Part shown: piece by piece, positions 17,294 through 25,294 of the stretch
How positions within the stretch are numbered: the first letter of the stretch is position 1
How the letters are laid out: each line of letters begins with the position of its first letter
DNA from: Candidatus Hadarchaeota archaeon
Lineage (GTDB): Archaea; Hadarchaeota; Hadarchaeia; Hadarchaeales; Hadarchaeaceae
Direction: 5' to 3'
NCBI GenBank assembly: GCA_964514965.1
Contig: CAZETV010000001.1
Span: 903,063 to 935,062, forward strand
DNA: 32,000 nucleotides
Notes under the pieces: model-generated
The model's input: the letters and a program-made list of their open reading frames with translations, nothing else
What the model was told of the DNA's origin: nothing
Database searches by the model: none
Made by a program: the position numbers and the translations under genes

Positions 17294-18073
17294 ATGGAAA
17301 AGAAGAGGTTGGTTTTAGCCATCTCAGGAAAGGGCGGGGTGGGCAAAACCACTTTGGCCGCTTTAATGCTGAAAATCTTAACCGAAAAAAAACAAAAAAG
17401 TATCTTGGTCATCGATGCGAATCCCGACTCAAATCTCTCCAATCTCTTAGGGATTTCTAATGGTAAAAAAACAGTTGGGAACGTAACGGATGAGCTGAAG
17501 AGGTCCCTCTGGAAAGGCGAAATCCCGCCAAATGTGATGAAGAAGGATATTCTCGAATACCACATTTTTGAAATTTTGGAGGAAACTCCGAATTTTGATC
17601 TATTAGTAATGGGGAGGAGTGAGGGTGAAGGATGCTATTGTTTGTTGAACAAGCTCATCGCAGATATCATCGACACGCTCTCTAAAAATTACGACTTGAC
17701 GATAATGGACGAGCATGCGGGGCTAGAGCACCTAAGTCGAAGAACTGATCGGGATGTTGATGTAATGATAATCGTCACAGATCCTAGCTCCATGGGATTT
17801 CAGACGGCGCGGAGGATAAAGGAGCTAGCTAAAGAGGTCCACATCGAGTTCAAAAAAATCTACCTCGTGGGGAACAAGTTCACGCCTGAGATGGAGCAGA
17901 TGCTAGAGGACGAAGCAAATAAAATAGGCGTCGAATATGCTGGTAATATCCCGCACGACGACGATGTTCTCAGATATAACCTCACCGGGCGACCGTTGGT
18001 TGAACTGCCGTCCATGAGCCCGGCCTTGGTGACGGCGAAAAACATCTTGATACGGATGGGGCTTTTGGGCTAA
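17294..18073 (+). CDS. cooC: CO dehydrogenase nickel-insertion accessory ATPase CooC
   Basis: SGKGGVGKTT deviant Walker A, MGRSEGEGCYCLLNKLIADI (CxC), TIMDEHAGLEHLSRRT; AAAGGTG ribosome-binding site before the start. Confidence 0.9.
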   Translation: MEKKRLVLAISGKGGVGKTTLAALMLKILTEKKQKSILVIDANPDSNLSNLLGISNGKKTVGNVTDELKRSLWKGEIPPNVMKKDILEYHIFEILEETPNFDLLVMGRSEGEGCYCLLNKLIADIIDTLSKNYDLTIMDEHAGLEHLSRRTDRDVDVMIIVTDPSSMGFQTARRIKELAKEVHIEFKKIYLVGNKFTPEMEQMLEDEANKIGVEYAGNIPHDDDVLRYNLTGRPLVELPSMSPALVTAKNILIRMGLLG

Positions 18074-18128
18074 ACAAGAAGTCAAAAATTTGAACCAAAA
18101 TTAAAGGATTCGGTTCGCATGAAGGGAT

Positions 18129-18857
18129 TTATTTTCTGAATTTTTGTAGTTTTTTTAGCAGCTCCTTGTCACCTTCATAGTCTCCAGCGCAAGTCGCGAT
18201 TATGCCATCTACAAGACCATCCAATTTCGCTGCGTATTCTTCAACACGATCCATAGTCGTTGTGCTTGGCCACCCGATTATCTTTAAAATTTCCTTATTT
18301 TTGGGGGTTCCTACAAGGAAGTAAGAGTACAAGGGTTTGTTTAGACGTTTACACTCTTCAGCTATTCGCTCCAGTATGGGGAAGGACTTATCTTCAAGTC
18401 TCATGAAACATATGAAATCCCATGCACCCCCCACTCGGGCAATACTTTCTTCCGCGGATCGGCGTGCTGTAATCAAGCAGCCTAACTTTAGATCTTTTAT
18501 ATGCACCGTTGTGCGTAAGAAATTTCGGGCTTCCTCGGAGGATTTTAACATTTTTATGGGCTCTCCGTGCTTGGGGATGTCGCCCATAGAGAGCACGATT
18601 CCGTCAAGACCTATAGCATCTGCAGCTAGAGCCAGGCCCCCGGCTTCAACCGGGCCCTTATAGTGTAATATGAAGATGGGTATCACCATTTTGTCTGGGT
18701 ATTTAGTTTTGAGGATGCAGCCCACAACCGTCCCGCTGGGTGCCGGCATGCCTGCGGCGCTATCCGTGACGTTCCATCCATCAACCAAATCATGAGTTTC
18801 TTCGGCAAGTTTCAGAAAATCGCGCGTTGGGACAAACTCGTGTAATATCCTCATCAC
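18129..18857 (-). CDS. Methylenetetrahydrofolate reductase (MetF)-like protein, short form
   Basis: VDGWNVTDSAAGMPAPSG, ADAIGLDGIVLSMGDIPKHGEP, GAWDFICFMRLEDKSFPILERIAEECK: MTHFR TIM-barrel landmarks. Confidence 0.6.
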   Translation of the reverse strand: MMRILHEFVPTRDFLKLAEETHDLVDGWNVTDSAAGMPAPSGTVVGCILKTKYPDKMVIPIFILHYKGPVEAGGLALAADAIGLDGIVLSMGDIPKHGEPIKMLKSSEEARNFLRTTVHIKDLKLGCLITARRSAEESIARVGGAWDFICFMRLEDKSFPILERIAEECKRLNKPLYSYFLVGTPKNKEILKIIGWPSTTTMDRVEEYAAKLDGLVDGIIATCAGDYEGDKELLKKLQKFRK

Positions 18858-18918
18858 AATCCCTAAGAAGGATATTGGTTGGGATTAAAAAATCTTTTGG
18901 GCGCAATCACAATCGTTC

Positions 18919-18926
18919 TTTATAAA
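18919..18926. promoter_or_regulatory. Symmetric TATA-like box TTTATAAA in the divergent MetF-like/fdhD intergenic region
   Basis: Self-complementary TTTATAAA. A start about 25 nt downstream on + falls near 18948, at the first arm of the inverted repeat. Confidence 0.5.
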
Positions 18927-18944
18927 CCTTGAGTGGTTCATGGC

Positions 18945-19127
18945 TTTGCTAATAAACTCCCCGATCACCCCGACTTTATTAGCAGAATCGACTTTATGAG
19001 CAAAGCCGTGGTTCATCCCTCCGAAATACGGGAAGGACCGCAAAGCCTACGATTCGGGAAAGCTGGGGGGGAAAGGCATAAGTCAACATACTTTACCACG
19101 CTCAAGTGAATAGGGTGGGCGTCTGCC
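18945..19127 (+). ncRNA. Candidate structured 5' leader RNA upstream of fdhD
   Basis: TTTGCTAATAAA / TTTATTAGCAGA inverted repeat, near-duplicate TTTATGAGCAAA, GTGGTTC/GGACCGC stem, GACTT(T)ATG/CATAAGTC closing stem, C-rich/G7 complementarity, hairpin near start codon. Complementarity read by eye; no folding or Rfam search done. Confidence 0.45.
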
Positions 19128-19898
19128 ATGATGGCTAAAAGAAAAATCCTAAAAATCGACCTCAGAAAACGCAAAAAATCCGAAGAGGAGGATCTCCTAG
19201 CTGTTGACAAGCTTATTAACATCTTCGTTAACGGGGAGTATTTCGTCACCCTCATGGCAAGTCCAAGAAATATTCGGGAATTGGCGATCGGTCACTTGCT
19301 GGGGCAGGGCATCATTAGTACGCTGGAGGATATCGAGCATGTGAGCATAAGGGGAAAAAACGTCAACCTGAGGACAAAAGCTGAAATTCAACTTGGAGCC
19401 ACCAAATTCCCGAAGGTAATCCCGACCGCTTGTGGTGCATCGGAGGACATTATTGAACTTCTAGGTAAATCGGGTGTACTGAAACTCAAGGTGAAATTTA
19501 GTGCAGAAAATATTGGGGGTGCGTTTAAATCACTTTACTCTGCGTCTAAGATTTTTAAAAAAAGCGGGGGCACCCACGCAGCGGCTTTGTTCGCGTGGAA
19601 TGGAAAAATGAAATTTTGCATAGAGGATGTCGGGAGGCATAACGCGGTAGACAAGGTCATCGGGAGAGGGCTGATTGAGGGCGTGAATTTTACAAGGAGC
19701 TTTATGATCTCGACGGGTAGGTTATCGGCGGATATGGTGATCAAGTGTGCGAGAGCCGGGATACCGCTCGCTGCATCAAAAGCAGCCCCTCTTGAATCAG
19801 GCCTCCTAGCGGCTGAGATGAGCGGCTTGACGCTTGTCGGTTTCGTTAGGGGGAGCCGAATGAACGTGTACACGCGCCCTGAACGGGTGAAATTTTAG
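19128..19898 (+). CDS. fdhD: FdhD-family formate dehydrogenase accessory sulfurtransferase
   Basis: RELAIGHLLGQGIIS, PTACGASEDI, GGTHAAALFAWNGKMKFCIEDVGRHNAVDKVIG, ISTGRLSADMVIKCARAGIPLAASKAAPLESGLLAAE. Confidence 0.92.
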   Translation: MMAKRKILKIDLRKRKKSEEEDLLAVDKLINIFVNGEYFVTLMASPRNIRELAIGHLLGQGIISTLEDIEHVSIRGKNVNLRTKAEIQLGATKFPKVIPTACGASEDIIELLGKSGVLKLKVKFSAENIGGAFKSLYSASKIFKKSGGTHAAALFAWNGKMKFCIEDVGRHNAVDKVIGRGLIEGVNFTRSFMISTGRLSADMVIKCARAGIPLAASKAAPLESGLLAAEMSGLTLVGFVRGSRMNVYTRPERVKF

Positions 19899-20519
19899 AT
19901 GGGAAAGCTCGGCATTTTGGTTTTAGCGGGCGGGGGCAGCAAGAGGTTTGGTAGAGAGAAGCCCTTTTTCGAGATAAACGGGAAACCCATGATTCAGCAC
20001 GTAGTAGGAAAGATCTCCAAACTATCCAAAGAATTAGTGATATCGTGTAGGTCTAGCCGAGAGAAACTGGCGAGAATGTTTCCTAGCGCAAAAGTCATTG
20101 TGGACAAGGATGAGAGGAAAGGAGCATTAACGGGCCTAGTGAGCGTGCTTCCTGAGATCAGATCTGAGTACACGGCTTTGGTAACGTGCGACTGCCCGAA
20201 AATCAGGCTGGAAGTCATTGAGTTGTTATTTGAGAAAGCGAAAAACCATAGCGGTGCAGTCGCCAGATGGCCGAATGGTTATGTGGAACCACTTCAAGCC
20301 GTTTACGAAACGGAAAAACTGCTAAAGGCCGTGAACGAGGTGTGGAAAAGGGGGGAAATGAGGTTAATGGAGGTCCTAAATATAGTCCCGGATATCGTTT
20401 ACGTATCGACGGAGGAACTAAGGGGGATTGATCCAAAATTGGAATCATTCCTGAATGTGAACTCACCTGAGGACATCGAGCTTCTGTCGGCGGGAAATCT
20501 AAATAGAGGATATAGGTAG
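19899..20519 (+). CDS. mobA: Molybdenum cofactor guanylyltransferase-like NTP transferase
   Basis: GILVLAGGGSKRFGREKPFFEINGKPMIQHV, VIVDKDERKGALTGLVSVL, ALVTCDCPKIRLEVI; immediately downstream of fdhD. Confidence 0.8.
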   Translation: MGKLGILVLAGGGSKRFGREKPFFEINGKPMIQHVVGKISKLSKELVISCRSSREKLARMFPSAKVIVDKDERKGALTGLVSVLPEIRSEYTALVTCDCPKIRLEVIELLFEKAKNHSGAVARWPNGYVEPLQAVYETEKLLKAVNEVWKRGEMRLMEVLNIVPDIVYVSTEELRGIDPKLESFLNVNSPEDIELLSAGNLNRGYR

Positions 20520-20624
20520 GCGAGTTAACCCTGAAAACCTTCGACCATTCTATAAACAGCATTTACCAAAACCATGTTAATGGTGGTAATTACGTCAAGG
20601 CCCACTTTGCCTATTAATTCAATC

Positions 20625-21788
20625 ATGGTGGTCGGTGTCAACACCAGACCAATCGTCAAATCAGCGAAGGCCCTCGGCTTGAAAACTATTGCTGTAGATT
20701 GTTTTGGCGACATCGATTTGCGTGGATATGCAGATGATGTGTTTTCTGTCAGATCCGCCGAGTTGAAGGTTCAGCCTAAAAGCTCGAAAAGACCTAGTCT
20801 CTTTCATCTCTCGCTCCAAGCTCTTGAAACCCACAACGTCGATGCAATTATTTTAACATCGGGCATGGAGCACTACTCAGCGTTTATTGAGGATCTTGGA
20901 AAGAGGGCAAAAATAATTGGAAATGACACGACAAGCTTGGAGACGTGCAAAAATAAAGAGAAACTTTTTCGCATAGCGGATAAACTTGGCATCCCCTACC
21001 CGCTCACACGTAGGGTTAGAAAGCTAGATGAAGCGTTAGAGGCCGCACGGGATATCGGGTACCCCGTTGTTTTGAAGCCGGCTTTTGGAGGCGGCGGCAT
21101 CGGGATAAGGCTTGCTAGGTCACCGGATGAGTTGGTGCGATTCTTTGGAAGGGTGTTGTCAGCGGGTGATAAAAAGAATTTGTACGTGCAAAAGTACATT
21201 CAAGGCATCGATGCTAGCACATCTATCTTGTCGAACGGTGATGAGGCCAAGTGTCTAACAATTAACGAGCAAATCATAGGCGACAAACGGTTGGGCGTGC
21301 CCAGGCCATTTGGTTACTGTGGCAACGTGATACCTCTAAACAAAACCGAGTTTGAAAACCAAATCGCCGAGACATCGAAAGCGATTTGTGAGGAAATCGG
21401 ATTGGTGGGCTCGAATGGGGTCGATTTCGTCCTTTCTGACAAGCCATACCTGATGGAGATAAATCCCAGATTTCAGAATACGATTGATTGCGTCGAAGGA
21501 CTTCTCGGGATAAACCTTGTTTGGGAACATATCCAATCTTGTCTGGGTGAGCTAGGCAGATACAAGCAACCCAGCGGTTACTCCGCTAAGCTAATCCTGT
21601 ATGCTAAGAGAGATTCTAGAATTCCGGACCTCAGAGGAACACCAAGTATTGTTGATGTGCCCGCACCCAAAACAACGGTTAGAAAAGGAAAACCAATTTG
21701 CTGCGTCTTAAAGTTTGGTGGAGACAGACGCAGGCTAATCGTCGATGCGTATAGAGCGGCGGGTAAGCTCTACGAGAAAATATATTAA
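20625..21788 (+). CDS. ATP-grasp carboligase family protein in the methanofuran biosynthesis region
   Basis: YPVVLKPAFGGGGIGIRLARS, LYVQKYIQGIDASTSILS, PYLMEINPRFQNTIDCVEG. ORF maximum starts 20574; MVVGVNTRPIVKSAK start at 20625 looks more natural. Confidence 0.75.
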   Translation: MVVGVNTRPIVKSAKALGLKTIAVDCFGDIDLRGYADDVFSVRSAELKVQPKSSKRPSLFHLSLQALETHNVDAIILTSGMEHYSAFIEDLGKRAKIIGNDTTSLETCKNKEKLFRIADKLGIPYPLTRRVRKLDEALEAARDIGYPVVLKPAFGGGGIGIRLARSPDELVRFFGRVLSAGDKKNLYVQKYIQGIDASTSILSNGDEAKCLTINEQIIGDKRLGVPRPFGYCGNVIPLNKTEFENQIAETSKAICEEIGLVGSNGVDFVLSDKPYLMEINPRFQNTIDCVEGLLGINLVWEHIQSCLGELGRYKQPSGYSAKLILYAKRDSRIPDLRGTPSIVDVPAPKTTVRKGKPICCVLKFGGDRRRLIVDAYRAAGKLYEKIY

Positions 21789-22510
21789 CACAGCTTCAAC
21801 CGATTAATGTCTTCTCTTGTAATCACTCCTTTGTGAAGTGATGTTGCAACAAGGACGCCTGCTGCGCCATGGTCACGCAACAAGCGAATATCTTCGATGC
21901 TTATCACCCCGCCCCCCACAAGCACTGGCATATTTGTGCATTGCAAAGCTAAGTTCAACGATTCAAAATCCGGCCCCCCTTGGGTGCCTACCCTATCTAA
22001 GGACAGAAGAATTATCTCAGAAGCCCCCTCACCCTCAAATTTTCGAATGAGTTCTTCTAGTCGTAGCCGCATCAAGTCCGACCTAGCAACCACATGTCCA
22101 AATTTAACATCGATACTGGCCGCCACGGGCATTTTATGAGCGTTTATTAATTTGGGAATTTCCTCGAAGGATTCAAGCGTCTCCGTAGCGAGCACAATTT
22201 TTTCCACACCTTTTTCCACGTATTTATCAACTTCATCAGCTCGTCTGAAGCCCGCATCCACCATGATTTTCATCCCGGTTTCGGCCACGATTTGGCCTAT
22301 CACACGGTGATTGTGGCCGATTCGACGAATGGCATCCAGATCTGCGATGTAGAGTTCTTCTAGGCCGAGCTTTTGGAACGCCCTTGCCACTGATAGGGGA
22401 TCAGAATTCCCCACGAGGACACTTCGAACCGCTTTGTATCTCTCTCGTTCACCTGCAATCGCATGGACGACTTTGCTGTGCATGATGTCAATGACTGGAA
22501 TAACCCTCAT
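21785..22510 (-). CDS. HisA-like (proFAR isomerase-related) protein in mfn cluster
   Basis: MRVIPVIDIMHSKVVHAIAGERERY, LYIADLDAIRRIG, VLVGGGVISIEDIRLLRDHGAAGVLVATSLHKG: TIM-barrel of the HisA/HisF type. Confidence 0.75.
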   Translation of the reverse strand: MRVIPVIDIMHSKVVHAIAGERERYKAVRSVLVGNSDPLSVARAFQKLGLEELYIADLDAIRRIGHNHRVIGQIVAETGMKIMVDAGFRRADEVDKYVEKGVEKIVLATETLESFEEIPKLINAHKMPVAASIDVKFGHVVARSDLMRLRLEELIRKFEGEGASEIILLSLDRVGTQGGPDFESLNLALQCTNMPVLVGGGVISIEDIRLLRDHGAAGVLVATSLHKGVITREDINRLKLC

Positions 22511-23148
22511 AGCGAGACCTCCGGTAATATCGTTGTGCAGGTAGTTTCCTTTCCACTTAGTATTTTTTTGATTCGATCAGGATGCCTTCCGTTCACCACC
22601 CAGCAGGTTATACCCGTGTGCTCTAAAGTCTGCGACAGTTTTGGATCCACACAGGATTGGTCAATTTTCCTAAGCTTCTGGATGGAGATAGATTTCTGAA
22701 GTCGCCCCTGTTCGAGAATTCCGTCAATCATTTTAACCAAAAGGAGTTTTTTACAACCAATCTTTTCGGTGACCCATGCTGCAATTGAATCTGAGGTTAC
22801 CTTCCATGTGGGTTCAAGTTCCGGAGAGCAACCCAAAGTTCTATACGGAAGAAATATCGAACACCCCCGCGCTTCCCTTTTAGGGATATCCGTTAAGGTC
22901 GAGCCATCGATTAGATCGTGGAACATCAACCCATAGAGATTCATGCTAAGAATCGCCATTTGGTGGGCAACTTGATCGGAGAACTCGTGCTTCATCTGCA
23001 GCTTACGCACGAGATTCGCAAAATCACCACCGCCTGGGATAATGAGTAAGCCGTGGCGATTGGATATCTCCTTTAAAGTTCTGCATAAGTTCCTCAGGGC
23101 AGGGGGGTCAGCTTGTAAGCCTCCACCCACCTTAATCACGACATCCAT
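22507..23148 (-). CDS. mfnE: Amino acid kinase-family kinase of methanofuran biosynthesis
   Basis: MDVVIKVGGGLQ, LLIIPGGGDFANLVRKL, TSDSIAAWVTEKIGCKKLLLVKMIDGI, CWVVNGRHPDRI; context between HisA-like and mfnF. Confidence 0.75.
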   Translation of the reverse strand: MDVVIKVGGGLQADPPALRNLCRTLKEISNRHGLLIIPGGGDFANLVRKLQMKHEFSDQVAHQMAILSMNLYGLMFHDLIDGSTLTDIPKREARGCSIFLPYRTLGCSPELEPTWKVTSDSIAAWVTEKIGCKKLLLVKMIDGILEQGRLQKSISIQKLRKIDQSCVDPKLSQTLEHTGITCWVVNGRHPDRIKKILSGKETTCTTILPEVSL

Positions 23149-24178
23149 GCTTGAGCGCCTCCGCAGCCAGTAGACTGGCGCCGAATGCGGGCGCCATCAA
23201 CGCCGCCTCCTCACCATACAGAGTTGCGAAATCGATGACTTCATTGAATCCCAAGGCCCGAACAGCTTTTTCAGCGAGAATCCTCCTACCGAGGCCTGCC
23301 ACTACAATCTTCGAACTCTTTGGAAGCTTATGTAATCTAATGACTTTTTCAAGTACTTTGGCCACGAGGTCTATTTGTTTCTCATGGAAGGCTTTCGCAG
23401 CCATGATGATTTGCCTTTTCCCGATCTCATCCACATCACTGCAGAAAACCCTTGCGATACGTTGCATACAGCTCGCTCTATCCTTTTTCCTGCCGTCGGG
23501 AGTTTCGCACATATAATCCTCCTCTTCAATCATCCCAAGCACTCTATAGACATCGGCTGTGATGGCAAAGTTTTCGGCGGCAATCCTCGTTTTTTTGCCG
23601 CTGAGCGACACTTCTGAGCAAATAAATGGCAGCGGGGTGCGGAGAACCCCCATATAAAGAAGTTCGCCAGTCCTCAATCTCTGAAGGTCGGTCTGTCCCA
23701 GAGGGGAGGGCCTGACTTTCTTTAAGGGAATTATGTCTGTGGTAGTGCTTCCGACGTCCATGAAAATGCAATTAGGATATTTCCTTCCCACGATCGAGGT
23801 GCTGGCAATCCAATTGGCTGCTGCGAGCTTTCCCGGGAAAGCAAGCGATTGTTCGCGCGTAAACAAGGCACCATCTAACGACACAAACAAACAGACCTTT
23901 TTCCCAAATGCACCACATGTGACTTCAACTATCTCAGCTACTCCTTCATGTTTGGTCCGAAAGATATCGCAGAGTTCCCCAGTTAAGGTAACTCCAACGA
24001 CTTGTGGGCGGGTGAATTCGGCGAGATTTCTAAGGAATCGGTCGAGCGCTTCCTTGTTCTTCCATAGCGGAATGTACTTGAGCCAGCATCTTTGTACTTT
24101 CTCGTCCTCAAGCAGAACGGCTTTTGTGTTTGCCCCGCCTATGTCAAGACCAAGCGATCGCATCCCCACCGACCCCAA
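23132..24178 (-). CDS. mfnF: MfnF/COG1548-like ASKHA-fold protein of methanofuran biosynthesis
   Basis: LGLDIGGANTKAVLLED, TLTGELCDIFRTKHEGV, CIFMDVGSTTTDIIPLK, YMGVLRTPLPFI. Start may be ATG 24163. Confidence 0.8.
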   Translation of the reverse strand: MGSVGMRSLGLDIGGANTKAVLLEDEKVQRCWLKYIPLWKNKEALDRFLRNLAEFTRPQVVGVTLTGELCDIFRTKHEGVAEIVEVTCGAFGKKVCLFVSLDGALFTREQSLAFPGKLAAANWIASTSIVGRKYPNCIFMDVGSTTTDIIPLKKVRPSPLGQTDLQRLRTGELLYMGVLRTPLPFICSEVSLSGKKTRIAAENFAITADVYRVLGMIEEEDYMCETPDGRKKDRASCMQRIARVFCSDVDEIGKRQIIMAAKAFHEKQIDLVAKVLEKVIRLHKLPKSSKIVVAGLGRRILAEKAVRALGFNEVIDFATLYGEEAALMAPAFGASLLAAEALKHGCRD

Positions 24179-25292
24179 TCAAAGTAGCAACCTCGTTTAA
24201 CGTGCTTTCGAGCCTGTGTTCAGCGCTTCTGGCGGTGATTCCAGATTCCACGATGATTGAAAGCGGGCGCCCTTTCTGGATACTCCCATTGGACGGGATG
24301 GGTGGAGAGATAACTCCTGGGATTTCCCGGAGTTTGCCCAGCTTTTTGACATTCATTCTGATGTTCTTTCCAGCTTTGGGGATTTTCATCAAAGAATATC
24401 CCTCAAGCTTTGGGTTGGGCATGGTTGCTCCGTCGATGAGCACCCTCACCAAGATTTCTCCTAGATTTGCTTGGAGTACTCGAGCTAATGCGACGAAGGA
24501 TGTAGTTATCCGAGGGTTTAACTCTATGAAAAAAGGCGAAGTTCCGACAACTAGGTCGACCCCACAATAACCGCGCAAACCTAGACTTTCGGCAGCTTTG
24601 AGAGCGATCTCGGCGCATTTTTCTTTTAGCGGATGATCAAGCGGGACTGCTCCGCCAACATACATGAATCGGCCTTTTTGAATTGCTATCTCCTGTCGGT
24701 TTACAGATAGTACAGTTCCTCCCTCTTCCCCCATCATCAAACAACAACTTGCATGTTCACCCTCAAGGAATTCCTGAAAAATCACACCCGCGGCGCCACG
24801 TGATGACGTAGCAAATTTGATTCCTTCGCAGCCAATCCCATCCACAGGTTTGATAAGGACTCTTCCGGTGCCGCGCGGTTTTTTCCATGTCTTCGGCTGT
24901 GGAACAATCCCTTGGAGCATGCGATGCGTGAGCCATTTGTTTGCGCAAATCCGAATGATTTCTGCTTGGGACCCGAGCACCTTTATACTCCTTTTTCTTA
25001 GTTTCGTGCTTATCTCCTCAAGCTCGCGTCCTTTCTCAGGTGCTATAACCAATGCTGCATCGGGCCTGCATTTCAAAGCTGCATTTAATCCATTTCGATT
25101 TGGGAACACATCTGCATCTAACCAATCAGCTAGCCCCCTAAGCCTTTTGTCGAGAACCGTGATGATGTCGAAGCCGCTACCGCTGAACTCGCTCACCATG
25201 GTTCTCAACATGGCGAAGCCTTCGGAGAGAAGTTGAGCGTTAGTCTCTGGATGAAGGCCCCCAGCCACACTTTCAAGTATTAAGACGCGCAT
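24144..25292 (-). CDS. mfnD: Tyramine-L-glutamate ligase-like ATP-grasp protein
   Basis: MRVLILESVAGG, VLIKPVDGIGCEGIKFA, FQEFLEGEHASCCLM, YCGVDLVVGTSPFFIELNPRITTSFV. Confidence 0.8.
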   Translation of the reverse strand: MRVLILESVAGGLHPETNAQLLSEGFAMLRTMVSEFSGSGFDIITVLDKRLRGLADWLDADVFPNRNGLNAALKCRPDAALVIAPEKGRELEEISTKLRKRSIKVLGSQAEIIRICANKWLTHRMLQGIVPQPKTWKKPRGTGRVLIKPVDGIGCEGIKFATSSRGAAGVIFQEFLEGEHASCCLMMGEEGGTVLSVNRQEIAIQKGRFMYVGGAVPLDHPLKEKCAEIALKAAESLGLRGYCGVDLVVGTSPFFIELNPRITTSFVALARVLQANLGEILVRVLIDGATMPNPKLEGYSLMKIPKAGKNIRMNVKKLGKLREIPGVISPPIPSNGSIQKGRPLSIIVESGITARSAEHRLESTLNEVATLIGVGGDAIAWS

Positions 25293-25294
25293 AA

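Noticed and set aside
19035-19050. GGACCGCAAAGCCTAC resembles the GGGACGCAAAGCC segment of GEMM-I (c-di-GMP-I) riboswitches
   Set aside because: The partner 5' segment (GGCAAACC-type) and the second P2 helix with its tetraloop receptor could not be found; similarity is limited to one short segment. Kept only as a reason to run Rfam.
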